A stretch of DNA of 64,000 nt from Thermoanaerobaculia bacterium (GTDB lineage Bacteria > Acidobacteriota > Thermoanaerobaculia > UBA5066). The position numbers and the translations under genes were made by a program. Each line of letters opens with the position of its first letter. The first letter of the stretch is position 1. The DNA lies in contig CAWFJJ010000024.1 of NCBI GenBank assembly GCA_963816185.1, positions 680,396-744,395 of the forward strand. The letters are read 5' to 3'. The notes under the pieces are model-generated. The model worked only from the letters and a program-made list of their open reading frames with translations. It searched no databases and was not told the DNA's origin. Shown here in pieces: positions 1 to 11,143 of this stretch.

Positions 1-343
1 CCTCGCCTCGGCCCAGTACCGCGGAACGGGTACGAATGACTTCGGGTACCGGTACGGGAACGTGACCCTCGTGAACGCGGCATACGAGCACAAGCTGGGG
101 AGCGCCGTGGATGCCCTGCTCGAGCTGAATTACCGCCACGCGCAGCAGGATCGCGTGAACGACGCGGGAGACCTCGACCCGAACACCGGGGGCGACATCG
201 TCTACCTGACGCCGCGGGCCGTGATCGATCTCGGCCGAGGCGTCGCGGGCCGCGCCGCGATCCAGATTCCGCTCGTTCGCGCGCTCTACGGCGAGCAAAC
301 GGAGCGGTTCGTGGCGAGCCTCGGGTTGACGTACCTCTTCTGA
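1..343 (+). CDS. 3' part of an outer-membrane beta-barrel/transporter-like protein (starts before the window)
   Basis: Open frame from the window edge; alternating amphipathic strands; C-terminal aromatic signature GLTYLF. Confidence 0.5.
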   Translation, partial: LASAQYRGTGTNDFGYRYGNVTLVNAAYEHKLGSAVDALLELNYRHAQQDRVNDAGDLDPNTGGDIVYLTPRAVIDLGRGVAGRAAIQIPLVRALYGEQTERFVASLGLTYLF

Positions 344-358
344 CGGCCGCGTCAAGTC

Positions 359-979
359 CTACTCGGCGATATCGGTCTCAGTGGATCCGGCGGGGGCCGC
401 GCGGAAGACGAGCGGCACTGAGCCCAGGCGGATCTCGTCCCCGTCGGCCAGCTCGACTCGGCCCTCGACCCGCTGGCCCTTTAACCAGGTGCCGTTCTTG
501 CTGCCAAGATCCTCCAGCGTCGCGGTGTCGCCCGAGATGAGGATCCGTGCATGGCGCCGCGAGATGGACTTCATCGAGATCACGACCGACACGTCGTCGT
601 CCCGCCCCAGGACGTTCTCGCCCGGGTGCAGGTCGAAATCCCGGGCCAGGTGTGTCACGCGAAACCGCGCGACAGAGGCGGGCGCGTCGAAGCGGAAGGC
701 GTAACCGAACCCATAAGCGGTCTTGAGGAAGCGGGGGCTCCGCGCGTCCTCGCCGATGGCGGACCGCACTTCGGAGACGAGGCTCTTGAGGTTCGACTCC
801 TCCACGAAGACGCGTGGCCAGAGCGACTCGTAGAGGCTCGCCTTGGAGACGGCCTTCGGTGCGTTATCGATGAGGAGCTCCAGAAGGCGAAAGGCCTTGG
901 GCGAGACGTGAACTGGCTTTCTTCCACGCCGAAGCTCGCGTGCCTCCGCGTCGAACAGAAACTCGCCGAATCGGATCAT
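359..979 (-). CDS. Winged-helix (OmpR/CadC-type) transcriptional regulator with C-terminal FHA domain
   Basis: N-terminal FGEFLFD...LWP...EESNL...GFGY; FHA motifs LGR, SRRHA, DLGSKNGT. Confidence 0.9.
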   Translation of the reverse strand: MIRFGEFLFDAEARELRRGRKPVHVSPKAFRLLELLIDNAPKAVSKASLYESLWPRVFVEESNLKSLVSEVRSAIGEDARSPRFLKTAYGFGYAFRFDAPASVARFRVTHLARDFDLHPGENVLGRDDDVSVVISMKSISRRHARILISGDTATLEDLGSKNGTWLKGQRVEGRVELADGDEIRLGSVPLVFRAAPAGSTETDIAE

Positions 980-1059
980 CGAAACCTACCGGATTCCTAC
1001 GATTTCCTCACGACTTCCGGCGCGCGGGAAGGCACGTTGTAGGCGGAAAGGAGAACGCC

Positions 1060-1749
1060 ATGAATCTACATCGAAACCGCGCGCCCGCTTTTCTTCTCCC
1101 GCTGCTTTTCCTGATCGTTTCTCCAGCGATGCTAGCGCAGGCCATGAGGGCCGAGAACGACGACGTCCGGCTGCCGGAGGCCGTCACCGAGGGCCAGCTG
1201 CTCTTCGAGTTCGTCGGGCAGGTCTCAAACTTCACCCCGACCACCTCCACACAGTACGGCTACTTCACGTGGGTTCGTGATGTCGACACGCTTTTTTCGG
1301 GAAGTCCCGCTAACGAGACGTCCGCACGGTTCACGTTCTACCGCGAGATGACGAACGTCAATGTCGTCATCAATGGCACACTCAAGATCATCTCCCGCGA
1401 GGGGACCACGACGCTCTATCTACAGCCGTCCGGCGGCGCCACGTTCTCGAATCCCGACTCGTTCCGGGCGGGCACGGCCATCCAGACATCCCGCTCGCAT
1501 CAGCAGGTCATCGTCGACACCGTGACCTCGGCGTTCACGGTGGTCAACTTCGAAACCGTCACGGCGACGCCGCGATTCATGCTCGACGGACACGACACGA
1601 CTCTGGGCCGCGTCGGAGACGTTTACCGCACGTCCAAGCAGGGCCACCTCTTCTCGCCGAGCCCCGCGGGCTATTTCAGCGGCTACTCCGTCAGCGTCGC
1701 CCGAACGACGGGCGGCCTCCTCTCGGGAAGCGGCGCGATTCAGGAATAG
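1060..1749 (+). CDS. Secreted hypothetical protein
   Basis: AAGGAG RBS before ATG 1060; hydrophobic signal peptide; beta-rich mature region. Confidence 0.7.
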   Translation: MNLHRNRAPAFLLPLLFLIVSPAMLAQAMRAENDDVRLPEAVTEGQLLFEFVGQVSNFTPTTSTQYGYFTWVRDVDTLFSGSPANETSARFTFYREMTNVNVVINGTLKIISREGTTTLYLQPSGGATFSNPDSFRAGTAIQTSRSHQQVIVDTVTSAFTVVNFETVTATPRFMLDGHDTTLGRVGDVYRTSKQGHLFSPSPAGYFSGYSVSVARTTGGLLSGSGAIQE

Positions 1750-1761
1750 AGCCGCGGAAGT

Positions 1762-4161
1762 TCAGGACGGAAACCCGACGCGCTTGATTAACGCTGCGAA
1801 GCGGGAGTCGGAACGGATCGGCTCCCAGCGCAGGTCCCGTTCGAGCCAGACGAGCCAATGGGTTCGCTCCTCGACTCCCTTTTCCAGCCAGGCGAAGGCC
1901 CGATCCTTGTCTCCGAGCGCCGCATGAACGAGGGCCACGCCGTAAGCGGTGACGTATTCCTTCTTCGACCGCGCCTCCAGGTTGGAGAGAACCTGGAGCG
2001 CTTCCCGGCGCTTGCCCATGACGCCGTAGACGTAGCCGATCGCCGCGACCGTCGGCACCCACTCCTTGAGCGGCCCGGTCGCCTGGTACTCCGCGATGGC
2101 CTGCTCGTAGAGCCCCTTCGCCTGATAGACCCGCCCGAGGAAGAGGTGCGCAGGCGGGTATTGGGGATTCATCTCGAGGGCCTTTCGCAGCTCCTCCGCC
2201 GCCCGGTCCTGCTCGTAGCTGTAGTGAAGGAGGAAGCCCATGTCCGACTCGATCGGGACGGAGAGGGGATCGAGCTCGTGCGCTCGCTTGATCTGGGCGC
2301 GTGCTTCGGGGAGGCGCCCGGTCGCCGTCAAGAGGTAGGCGTACCAGTCGTGTGCCGTCGCATAATTCGGATTCAGCTCGATGGCTCGCTGGAACTCGCG
2401 CTCGGCTCCGGGCCAGTCCCAATCGAAATAGAACTTTTCGTAGGCCAGGGAGGCGTGCGGCTCGGCGAGAGAGGCATCCAGCTCGAGGGCCTTCCCGGCG
2501 GCCTCCCGCGCCTTTGGAAAGACTTCCCGGGGCGCGACGAGACTCAAGTATCCGAGCTGCGTGTAGGAGTCGGCGATCCCCGAGTAGGCCACGGCGTAGG
2601 CAGGATCGACGTCCAGCGCCTGCTGGAAAAACCCGATTGCCTTCTTGAGGTTCTCGCCATCGCGCTTGTTCCAGAAGTACCGTCCCTTCACATAGGCCTC
2701 GAAGGCGGCCGGATCGACGCGCCTCGTCTTCGCGAGCTGGGATATTTCCGGTGGAGTCAGCTCGAGGCGGCCGGCGCGGGCGATCGCCTGCGCGATTTCA
2801 CTTTCCAGAGCGAGCACGTCGTGGAGGTCACGTTCGTACGTCTGAGCCCAGAGGTGTTTGTCCGACGCCGCCTCGATGAGCTGGGCCGTCACGCGGACCT
2901 TGCTGTCCGCCCGCGAGACCGATCCCTCAACGACGGCGTCGACGCCGAGCTCCCGTGCGATCTCGGGCAGCCGCTTTTTCGTGTCGCGGTACGACATGAC
3001 CGAGGTCCGGGAGGTGACGCGGAGCCCGCTGATCCGGGCGAGGTCGGCGATCAGCTCCTCCGTCATCCCGTCGGCGAAATATTCCTGGGTCGCATCGCCG
3101 GAAAGGTTCTGAAGAGGAAGAACCGCCAGCGATCGGATCGCGGTGCCTTTCCCTCGTGTGCCGAGGCGTCCGCGGAGACCGCCCACATCGAGGGCGAAAA
3201 GAAGCGCGGCGGCCAGGACGATTACACCCGCTGCGATGGCGGCGACTCGACCGCGACCCACCCTTGTGCCCACCATCGCCACGCCGGACATCTGAACCGC
3301 CGAAGCCGACGTCGACGCAATCTCGCGAAGCGCGTAGGTCAGATCGCGTGCCGACTGGAACCTCTCGTCGGGGCTCTTCTCCAGGCAACGCGTGATGACG
3401 CGCGCGAGCGCGAGAGGAATCGTCTTCCCTGATTCCGAAGGGTCCGGCGGCGATTCCTTGAGAATTGCCGCCATCGCATCGGCGGACGTCTTTCCCGCGA
3501 AAGCCCGCCTGCCGGTCACCATCTCGTAGAGCACGGATCCGAACGAGAAAATATCGCTCCGCGCATCCACAGGGAGCCCACGTACCTGCTCGGGAGACAT
3601 GTAGGCGGCGGAGCCCATCACGGTGCCGGGCTGCGTCTGCGACGCCGTGAGGACCGAGCTGCCCACCTCCTCCGGTGCGCCGGGCTGGAGCCTTGCCAGG
3701 CCGAAGTCGAGGATCTTCACCCGTCCGTCTTCGGTGAGGAAGACGTTCTCGGGCTTCAGGTCCCGGTGGACGATCCCCTGCGCGTGCGCCGCCGCGAGGC
3801 CATCGGCGATTGACACGGCGATTTCAACCGCCTTTCGCCAGGAGAGTGACTCCCGATCGAGCCGTCCGCGAAGCGTCTCACCTCGGAGCAGCTCGGTGAC
3901 GGAGTAGCACAGTCCGTCCTCGACCCCGAAATCGTGGATCGCGAGAATGTTGGGATGGGAGAGGGCTGCGACGGCCCGGGCCTCGCGCTCGAAGCGGCCC
4001 AAAGCGGCCGGGTCGGAAGCCAGGTGCTCCTGTAGCACCTTAATCGCGACCTCGCGGCCGAGACGTGTGTCCCGCGCGAGGTAGACGGCGCCCATGCCAC
4101 CCGAACCCAGATGCGAGAGGATCTCGTATGGCCCTAACCGGCTACCTTCTGAGAACGCCAT
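1762..4161 (-). CDS. Ser/Thr protein kinase with TM, TolB-like domain and TPR repeats
   Basis: [18 protein letters not shown] and DFG motifs; SLAVLPL...[11 protein letters not shown]; TPR repeats. Confidence 0.95.
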   Translation of the reverse strand: MAFSEGSRLGPYEILSHLGSGGMGAVYLARDTRLGREVAIKVLQEHLASDPAALGRFEREARAVAALSHPNILAIHDFGVEDGLCYSVTELLRGETLRGRLDRESLSWRKAVEIAVSIADGLAAAHAQGIVHRDLKPENVFLTEDGRVKILDFGLARLQPGAPEEVGSSVLTASQTQPGTVMGSAAYMSPEQVRGLPVDARSDIFSFGSVLYEMVTGRRAFAGKTSADAMAAILKESPPDPSESGKTIPLALARVITRCLEKSPDERFQSARDLTYALREIASTSASAVQMSGVAMVGTRVGRGRVAAIAAGVIVLAAALLFALDVGGLRGRLGTRGKGTAIRSLAVLPLQNLSGDATQEYFADGMTEELIADLARISGLRVTSRTSVMSYRDTKKRLPEIARELGVDAVVEGSVSRADSKVRVTAQLIEAASDKHLWAQTYERDLHDVLALESEIAQAIARAGRLELTPPEISQLAKTRRVDPAAFEAYVKGRYFWNKRDGENLKKAIGFFQQALDVDPAYAVAYSGIADSYTQLGYLSLVAPREVFPKAREAAGKALELDASLAEPHASLAYEKFYFDWDWPGAEREFQRAIELNPNYATAHDWYAYLLTATGRLPEARAQIKRAHELDPLSVPIESDMGFLLHYSYEQDRAAEELRKALEMNPQYPPAHLFLGRVYQAKGLYEQAIAEYQATGPLKEWVPTVAAIGYVYGVMGKRREALQVLSNLEARSKKEYVTAYGVALVHAALGDKDRAFAWLEKGVEERTHWLVWLERDLRWEPIRSDSRFAALIKRVGFPS

Positions 4162-4196
4162 GAGACTCCCACTTTGCGTCCATTCTAGTCGCTGCG

Positions 4197-4727
4197 TTGT
4201 CCGCAGGTAGCGTCCGGGCTCATGAAGAGCACGCTGACGAGGTTCGCATCGCGGCCGGCAGCGGGGAAGTCCCGAGGTGGCGGCCTTCCGTGCGGACGTC
4301 GTCCGACTTCTCTAAACTCGCCCGTATGCGACCCGCTCCCGAGAACGCGCAGCGAATCTATCTCAGGAGCGGATATGGCGGCGACCCGCTCGCGTTCTCC
4401 GTTCGATGGTTCGTTCCGGCGGACTTCGACGCCGGCGGGGAGGCCGAGATCGCGAGCCACGCGACGGGAAAGGCCGAGCTGACGTCCTGCCTGACGCTTC
4501 TCGGCGTCACGGCCCTCGCCGTCATGGTCGGCGACGTCATGGACGGGACGCCGGTGTTCGATTTCAAGCCGTGCACTCCCACGGAAGCCGCCGAGCACGC
4601 CTGCCGGGAAGGCCAGCGCGCGCGGACCATCGCGTACTCGCAGACCGTCTACGTCGAGGCGGCGCCCATCGAGGTCTTCCGCCGCCTCTCGCTCTGGGAG
4701 AACGCACGCCGGAGGTGGGCGCGATGA
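4197..4727 (+). CDS. Hypothetical protein, start uncertain
   Basis: ORF overlaps the queD start (ATGA); weak resemblance of [10 protein letters not shown] to the TrmO motif, not confirmed. Confidence 0.35.
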   Translation: MSAGSVRAHEEHADEVRIAAGSGEVPRWRPSVRTSSDFSKLARMRPAPENAQRIYLRSGYGGDPLAFSVRWFVPADFDAGGEAEIASHATGKAELTSCLTLLGVTALAVMVGDVMDGTPVFDFKPCTPTEAAEHACREGQRARTIAYSQTVYVEAAPIEVFRRLSLWENARRRWAR

Positions 4728-5146
4728 GGGAGCCGTCCGTTCGCATCACGACGCACACGCACTTCTCGGCCGCCCACCGTCTCCATAACGAATCCAAAGA
4801 CGCCGAGTGGAATCGCCGGGTCTTCGACAAGTGCAACAACCCGTACTCTCACGGGCACACGTACGGGCTCGACGTCACGGTGGAAGGGCCGGTGGACCCG
4901 CTCACGGGCTGGGTGATGGATTTCGGCATGATCAAGCGAGTCGTGAACGAGCGGATCGTGAGGGCGTGCGACCGCAAGAACCTGAACGTGGACGTCCCGT
5001 TCCTCACGGGCGTGAACCCGACCGCGGAGAACATCGCGATCCGCATCTGGGACGTCCTCGAGCCCGCCGTCTCTCCCGGCCGGCTCGTCAAGGTGGAGCT
5101 CCACGAGACGGAGCGGAACAAGGTCGTCTATACGGGGCCGCGGTGA
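4724..5146 (+). CDS. queD: 6-carboxy-5,6,7,8-tetrahydropterin synthase
   Basis: FSAAHRL, KCNNPYSHGHTY, PTAENIA and ETERN motifs. Confidence 0.9.
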   Translation: MREPSVRITTHTHFSAAHRLHNESKDAEWNRRVFDKCNNPYSHGHTYGLDVTVEGPVDPLTGWVMDFGMIKRVVNERIVRACDRKNLNVDVPFLTGVNPTAENIAIRIWDVLEPAVSPGRLVKVELHETERNKVVYTGPR

Positions 5147-5913
5147 GGGCCCTCATCTCCAACGACGACGGTGTGCACAGCCCCGGCATCGGTGCGCTCG
5201 AGCGTGCCGCGCGAAGCGCGGGGTTCGAGACGTACATCGTCGCGCCCGACCGCGAGCAAAGCGCCTCGGCGCACTCGCTCACGATGCACCGCCCGCTTCG
5301 CGTCCTGAAGACGGGCGAGAGGACCTGGGTCGTCGACGGGACGCCGACGGACTCGGTGAACATCGCGCTCTGCTCGGTCCTGAAGGCGAATCCACCCGAC
5401 TTCGTGTTCGCGGGCGTGAACGCCGGCCCGAATCTCGGCGACGACGTGACCTATTCGGGCACGGTCGCCTGCGCGTTCGAAGGAACGCTGCTCGGCGTTC
5501 CGTCGATCGCGTTCTCCCTGGACTACGCGCGCGACGCGGCCGGCACGGTCGACTATTCGGAAGCGGAGAAGGCGGCGGCGCAGATCATCGCGTGGGCGAG
5601 GGATCACCCGCCCGCGCCGGATACGTTGTGGAACGTCAACGTCCCGGCGGGAAAGCCGAAAGGGTTTCGCTCCACGCGCATGGGTCGGCGGCGGTACGGA
5701 GAGAATATCGTCGAGAAGATCGACCCGCGCGGTCGCCCGTACTACTGGATCGGCGGGACCTTCGTCGACACGAAGGCCGAGGGAACCGATCTCCTCGCGG
5801 TGGCCGAGGGATGGATATCCGTGACGCCGCTCCACATGGACATGACGGACTATCGCGCCCTCGCCGATCTCGACGGTCTCGGCGAGAAGATCGCTCCTCC
5901 CCGCGCGGGCTAA
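5143..5913 (+). CDS. surE: 5'/3'-nucleotidase SurE
   Basis: SNDDG, GTPTD, GVNAGPNLG, YSGT and VTPL motifs; adjacent to pcm. Confidence 0.95.
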   Translation: MRALISNDDGVHSPGIGALERAARSAGFETYIVAPDREQSASAHSLTMHRPLRVLKTGERTWVVDGTPTDSVNIALCSVLKANPPDFVFAGVNAGPNLGDDVTYSGTVACAFEGTLLGVPSIAFSLDYARDAAGTVDYSEAEKAAAQIIAWARDHPPAPDTLWNVNVPAGKPKGFRSTRMGRRRYGENIVEKIDPRGRPYYWIGGTFVDTKAEGTDLLAVAEGWISVTPLHMDMTDYRALADLDGLGEKIAPPRAG

Positions 5914-5923
5914 GATCGAGCGC

Positions 5924-6628
5924 GTGAAACCGGTCGACCGGGACGTGGAGCGCGCCGCGCGCGCCGGGGCCGGCGCTCGCCGGGCGCTCGTGGAGAGGCT
6001 CAAAGCCGCGGGGCTCTGCCGGGATCCTCGCGTCTCGGAGGCGATGGGATCCGTTCCGCGCCACCTCTTCGTGCCGGCGGCGCTCCGGGGCGAAGCCTAC
6101 GGCGACCACGCGCTGCCGATCGGGCACGGCCAGACGATCACGCAGGCGGCGAACGTGGCCCGCGCAGCCGAGCTCGCGGCCCTGACGCCGTCCTCGCGCG
6201 TCCTCGAGATCGGAACCGGCTCGGGCTATCAGGCCGCCGTCCTCGCGCGCCTCGCGCGTTGGGTCTTCTCGCTCGAGCGCATCGCGGCTCTGGGGAAGGG
6301 GGCCGTGCACCTTCTCAAGACGCTCGGGATCTCGAACGTCTCCATCAAGGTCTTCGACGGCTCGTACGGGTGGAGCGAGCACGCCCCGTACGACGCGATC
6401 CTCGTGGCTGCGGCCGCGCCGGAGGTGCCGGACCCGCTCGTCGCGCAGCTCGCCGCGGGGGGGCGCCTCGTGATCCCGGTCGGCCCCGCGGCGCGGCAGA
6501 GGCTGCTCGTCGTCCGCAAGCTCCCGAACGGCCGGACGCGGGCCGAGGACGCCGGCGAGGTCGCGTACGTTCCGCTCGTGGGCCGCTTCGGCTTCGCGCC
6601 CGCCGGGACGGAGAGGATCTCCCGATGA
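5924..6628 (+). CDS. pcm: Protein-L-isoaspartate O-methyltransferase
   Basis: VPRHLF, VLEIGTGSGYQ, APYDAI; conserved surE-pcm synteny. Confidence 0.95.
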   Translation: MKPVDRDVERAARAGAGARRALVERLKAAGLCRDPRVSEAMGSVPRHLFVPAALRGEAYGDHALPIGHGQTITQAANVARAAELAALTPSSRVLEIGTGSGYQAAVLARLARWVFSLERIAALGKGAVHLLKTLGISNVSIKVFDGSYGWSEHAPYDAILVAAAAPEVPDPLVAQLAAGGRLVIPVGPAARQRLLVVRKLPNGRTRAEDAGEVAYVPLVGRFGFAPAGTERISR

Positions 6629-6951
6629 ACGGGCGCGATCCGGCGGTGGACGATTCCGGCGGATGGACCGCCGCCGCGCGGCGCTTCAGGATCTCGGGCC
6701 GCGTGCAGGGAGTGGGCTACCGCGCGTTCGCCGCCCGAGCGGGCCGCGCGCTGGACCTCAGGGGCGGAGCCCGGAACCTCGACGACGGTCGCGTCGAGGT
6801 CGTCGCGTCCGGCGCGACCCATGCCCTGGATCGCCTGGAAGCGGCCCTGGGGGAGGGGCCGCACCTCTCGCGCGTGAGCCGCGTCGAGGTCGAGATCCTC
6901 GCCGCGCCTCCGTCGTCCGCCGATCTTGCCGCCTGCGACGTGGAGTTTTGA
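6625..6951 (+). CDS. acyP: Acylphosphatase
   Basis: GRVQGVGYR and NLDDGRVEV motifs. Confidence 0.9.
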   Translation: MNGRDPAVDDSGGWTAAARRFRISGRVQGVGYRAFAARAGRALDLRGGARNLDDGRVEVVASGATHALDRLEAALGEGPHLSRVSRVEVEILAAPPSSADLAACDVEF

Positions 6952-6976
6952 CATCGCCGTTTAAGATCGGAGAGAC

Positions 6977-8629
6977 GTGAACGAACGAAAAATCCTGATC
7001 GTCGACGACGACGAGGACATTCTCCTCATCGTCCAGACGCTTCTCACGAACGCCGGCTACGCCCCGATCCTCGCGCGGAACGGGCGGGAAGGCATCGAGC
7101 AGGCTACGGCGCTGCAGCCGGACGTGATCCTCCTGGACGTCACGATGCCGCAGATGTCCGGATGGGAGGTCTGCGCGACGCTGAAGAACCTGCCCGAGAC
7201 GTCGTCCATCCCGATCGTGATGCTCACGGTGAAGTCCGAGATCAAGGACCTCATCACGGGGATGCAGGTCGGCGCCGACGACTACATCACGAAGCCGTTC
7301 ACGAAGCGCCATCTGCTCGAGACCGTGGAACGGCTCCTCGAGCCGGGGGAGGGCCCGCGGTCGGCGTTTCTCCCGAGGGACACGGGAGACGCGCGGACGC
7401 GCAACCTGCTCTTCGACACGGTGTCGGGCCTCCCGACGATCCCGGTCATCGTGGACGCGCTCCGGGAATGGCTCCTCGTCGACCAGGAAGTGGGCGTCCT
7501 GTTCATCGACTTCGAGAAATACGCGCACATCGAAGACTATTACGGATGGGAGGTCTTCGACGACGTCCTGAGGGAAGCCGCGAAGGCTCTGAAGCGCCTT
7601 CTCGGAACGCTGTTCTCCACCGAAGACCTCATCGCGATCAACCGGCCATCGGGCTCGGAGTTCTACGTCTTCCTCTCGGTGCCGCCCGGCCTGCGGGGCG
7701 ACGAGATCCTCGAGCGGCTGCAACGCAAGGCGCGCCAGATCGAGGAGTCGCTGCGCGCGACGCTGAGCGAGAAGTTCGAGCACCGCATCCAGAGGAAGAT
7801 CGGCCTGTACGTCGGCTACGCGAAGCTCGTTTACAGCCCGCAGGTCCGGCTCGAGCGGCTGGTCTACCGCGCGCTCCGCGAGGCGATCACCGTAGCGTCG
7901 ACGAAAGAGGGCGAGCGCGCGGCGCTCTTGAGGGAGCAGTTCAAGGACGTGCTCGTGCACCGCCAGATCGAGACGCTGTATCAGCCGATCATCGACCTCG
8001 GGACCGGCGGTGTGTTCGCGCACGAGGCTCTTTCGCGCGGTCCGGCCGACTCGCCGTTCGAGAACCCCGAGATGCTCTTCGACTACGCGCTGAAATCGGA
8101 CCAGGTGTGGAGCCTCGAGAAGATCTGCATGCAGTTCTCGGCCGAACGCTTCGTCGGAAAGCGCCCCGGCATGCTCTTCGTGAACGTGGAGACGGAGCTC
8201 ATCCACGCGCTGAAATCGCGCGGACACGAAGTGCTCCAGCCGCTCCTCGCGATCCAGAGCGGCGTCGTCCTCGAGATCACGGAGCGCGCCGCCATTCGCG
8301 ACTACGACCTGTTTCGCGAGAGCGTGAGGGTGCTCCGCGAGCTCGGTTTCCGCATCGCGATCGACGACGCGGGCTCGGGCTATGCATCGCTCCAGTCCAT
8401 CGCCGAGCTCCGCCCGCAGTACCTCAAGATCTCGAACTACCTCGTGACGGGCCTCCACGAGGACTCGATCAAGCGCGACGTCGTCGAGATGCTCGTCCGT
8501 CTCGCCGCGCGCATCGACGCGGAGACGGTGGCCGAAGGCATCGAGACGGAGGCGGAGAAGGCCGAGGTGAAGCGTCTCGGCGTCACGTACGGGCAGGGCT
8601 ACCTGCTCGGACGGCCCGCCCCGTTGTGA
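6977..8629 (+). CDS. Response regulator with degenerate GGDEF and EAL phosphodiesterase domains
   Basis: REC (VDDD, LLDVTMP, KPF); SGSEF in place of GGDEF; EAL, DDAGSGY, AEGIET, QGY. Confidence 0.9.
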   Translation: MNERKILIVDDDEDILLIVQTLLTNAGYAPILARNGREGIEQATALQPDVILLDVTMPQMSGWEVCATLKNLPETSSIPIVMLTVKSEIKDLITGMQVGADDYITKPFTKRHLLETVERLLEPGEGPRSAFLPRDTGDARTRNLLFDTVSGLPTIPVIVDALREWLLVDQEVGVLFIDFEKYAHIEDYYGWEVFDDVLREAAKALKRLLGTLFSTEDLIAINRPSGSEFYVFLSVPPGLRGDEILERLQRKARQIEESLRATLSEKFEHRIQRKIGLYVGYAKLVYSPQVRLERLVYRALREAITVASTKEGERAALLREQFKDVLVHRQIETLYQPIIDLGTGGVFAHEALSRGPADSPFENPEMLFDYALKSDQVWSLEKICMQFSAERFVGKRPGMLFVNVETELIHALKSRGHEVLQPLLAIQSGVVLEITERAAIRDYDLFRESVRVLRELGFRIAIDDAGSGYASLQSIAELRPQYLKISNYLVTGLHEDSIKRDVVEMLVRLAARIDAETVAEGIETEAEKAEVKRLGVTYGQGYLLGRPAPL

Positions 8630-8671
8630 ACGGCATCCGGAAGACGTGAACGTCGAGGGGAGGTCGATGTC

Positions 8672-9937
8672 ATGCGCGCCCCGTCATCGAGACCGATCTG
8701 GCTCGTCGTCCTCCTGCTCGGCCCGGGCCCTTCGGCCGCGCAGAACATCCTCGCGAACCCGGGCTTCACCGCGAGTCTCGCCGGATGGACGGTGGAGTCG
8801 GGCGTCTCGGCGGGCTGGTCTCCCCTCGACATCGCCGGATCGGCGGTGTCCGGCTCCGCGCTCGTCACGAATTCCTCGGGCGTCGACGGGTTTTCCGGAG
8901 GGCTGGCGCAGTGCGTCGCCGTGGTTCCCGGTGTCGGGTACGCGTTTCGCGTACGCTTTCGCGTCCCGTCGGCACAGTCGAGCGCCGCGCGGGTTCAGGC
9001 GGCTCTCGATTACTTCTCGGGTCCCTCGTGCGTCGGGACCACGACCGGCGGATTCGGAAACGACACCGGGGCGATCACGTCCGGATTCGACTCCTGGAAC
9101 GACTTTGTCATCGGCACGGGCGTCATCCCCACAGGCGTGACGAGCGTCCTCGTCGGCGCCCGCCTCGCGAAGGTGTCTGCCGGCGGAGTCGTTCGGGCGT
9201 ATTTCGACTCGCCTTCGCTGGCACCGGTCGCGACGCTCACGATTCCCGCTTCGGCGTCGATCCACGGGCAGAACGGAACGTTTTTTCAGACGGATCTGTG
9301 GGTTCTCGGTTCCTCGGCGCTGTTCGACGTAACGGTCACGGCCCGACATCGCTGTTTTGCTTCTCAGACCTGCACCCATGCGAGTCAGCCTTTCCAGGTC
9401 CATCCCCGCCAGTCCGTGTATTTCACCGACGCGCTCGTCACGCTGTTCGGCGATCCCGGTACGTCCGGGGCGATCGAGCTGAGCTTCGACACGGCCACTC
9501 CGATCACGGTGCTGTCGCGAACGTACTCGCCGTCGCTTCCCGCGCCGACGACGGGGACGTCGGTGCCGGCGTCTGCCTCATCCGAGGCCCGCACGCGCGC
9601 GGTCCTGGTCGGGCTCGCCTCGAGCGGCGGCGACCTGTCCCAGGGCTTCCGCTCGAACGTGGGCGTCTACAACCCGGGCGCTTCGGCCGTCTCGGTGACG
9701 GTCACGTTGCACGCTAGCTCGGGAGCGACGCTGGGGGATCCGGTTTCGCTCGAACTGGCGCCGAACGAAGCCCAGCAGGTGAACGACATCTTCTCCGCGG
9801 CGGGCGCCGGGCCGACTCTGTCGAGGAACGCGTATGCCGTCGTGACGTCCGGCGCGGCCGTGTTCTCCTATGCCACGGTCATCGACAACCAGTCCCAGGA
9901 CTCCGTGTTCATTGCGGGGGCGGACGACGGATCCTGA
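8672..9937 (+). CDS. Secreted hypothetical protein (beta-sandwich domains)
   Basis: Signal peptide, NPGF, FQTDLWV, FRSNVG, YATVIDNQSQD; a style typical of acidobacterial secreted proteins. Confidence 0.7.
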   Translation: MRAPSSRPIWLVVLLLGPGPSAAQNILANPGFTASLAGWTVESGVSAGWSPLDIAGSAVSGSALVTNSSGVDGFSGGLAQCVAVVPGVGYAFRVRFRVPSAQSSAARVQAALDYFSGPSCVGTTTGGFGNDTGAITSGFDSWNDFVIGTGVIPTGVTSVLVGARLAKVSAGGVVRAYFDSPSLAPVATLTIPASASIHGQNGTFFQTDLWVLGSSALFDVTVTARHRCFASQTCTHASQPFQVHPRQSVYFTDALVTLFGDPGTSGAIELSFDTATPITVLSRTYSPSLPAPTTGTSVPASASSEARTRAVLVGLASSGGDLSQGFRSNVGVYNPGASAVSVTVTLHASSGATLGDPVSLELAPNEAQQVNDIFSAAGAGPTLSRNAYAVVTSGAAVFSYATVIDNQSQDSVFIAGADDGS

Positions 9938-11073
9938 GGGCCCGAGGGACGCGGACGGGAGCTCAGGCGACCGGCGAGCGACGAGACCGTGGCGGATCGA
10001 TCGCCTTCTCTCGTGCGGACGAGAAAGCGCGTGCCGGGTGCGGTCCGCTCGCGCTTGACGTACCCGAGGGCGGTCGCCGACCGGAAGCCCGCCGCGCGCG
10101 ACGCGCTCGTCACGGCGCCGACCTTCTCTCCTTCGAAGAAGATCTCGCTGCCGGCTGAAGGAGCTTCGCCGTCCAGGAGCAGCCGAACCAGGCTCCGGTT
10201 CACGTGGCCGTACGTCTTGATGCGAGCCACCGTCTCCTGCCCGATGTAGCAGCCCTTCGTGTCGGAGACGAATCCCCGCTCTCTCAGCCCCGCCTCATCC
10301 GGGAGGACGGCTTCGGTCAGCTCGAATCCCCAGCGGGGGATCCCCGCCTGGATGCGCAGACTCTCCATGTCGGCGTCCGAAGCCTGCCTCGCCCCGGCGA
10401 CGAGGAACGCCTTTCGGATCTCTTCTGAATGGGAAGAAAGGCAGCGGACGTCGTAGCCCGGGACGCCCGTCCGGTTCTCGCGAACGAGGCGGATGGGAAT
10501 GCCGGTGTCGTGGCCTGTTGACTGAGGAGCATCGGGAGTCGCTGGTTCTTCTTCGAAAAGTAATGAGGCGTGGAACGAGGCCGTCAGCGCCTCCGGCGGC
10601 TCGTGCGCCGGAACGGCGCTGGAGGCCGATTCTTCGAATGGGATTCGCGCCGTGACGTGACCATGCGGCGTGTCCGGCAACGCCGCGGCGGGTCCAAGCC
10701 TTATTACCTTTCTAAGAAATTCTTCTACCGCGTCTCCCGCCGCCGAATGCTGGAGGTGAAAGACGGCCGTCTCCGATGTGAGATTCCCGACTTCGACCTC
10801 GTTGAAAACCAAATACTTCCGAAGCAGATCTTCAATCTTCTTCGCGAGCTCCGGCTCGCAGTCGATCTCGAGGCGGTCCTCCTCGCAGAGGACGACGCAG
10901 TCGGCAAGGAGCTTTCCCTTCGGCGTGAGGAAGGCCGCCGCGCAGCCGGTGCCCGGCGTGAGCTTCTTGATGTCGTTCGTGACGAGGCCGTGGAGGAATG
11001 AAGCGCGCTCCTTGCCCGTCAGGATCACGGCGCCCCGGCCGGTCACGTCGAAGAAAAGAGGAGCGGACTCCAC
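9868..11073 (-). CDS. ygfZ: YgfZ/GcvT-like folate-binding protein (start at GTG 11073 inferred)
   Basis: FLHGLVTNDI, LTPKGK, signature KGCYIGQE. Confidence 0.85.
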   Translation of the reverse strand: MESAPLFFDVTGRGAVILTGKERASFLHGLVTNDIKKLTPGTGCAAAFLTPKGKLLADCVVLCEEDRLEIDCEPELAKKIEDLLRKYLVFNEVEVGNLTSETAVFHLQHSAAGDAVEEFLRKVIRLGPAAALPDTPHGHVTARIPFEESASSAVPAHEPPEALTASFHASLLFEEEPATPDAPQSTGHDTGIPIRLVRENRTGVPGYDVRCLSSHSEEIRKAFLVAGARQASDADMESLRIQAGIPRWGFELTEAVLPDEAGLRERGFVSDTKGCYIGQETVARIKTYGHVNRSLVRLLLDGEAPSAGSEIFFEGEKVGAVTSASRAAGFRSATALGYVKRERTAPGTRFLVRTREGDRSATVSSLAGRLSSRPRPSGPQDPSSAPAMNTESWDWLSMTVA

Positions 11074-11143
11074 GCCCGGGATTCTCGCATTCGGCGACGC
11101 ATCTTCGATCCGTGCGACAATGCGCCGACGTGACAGAGGTTTC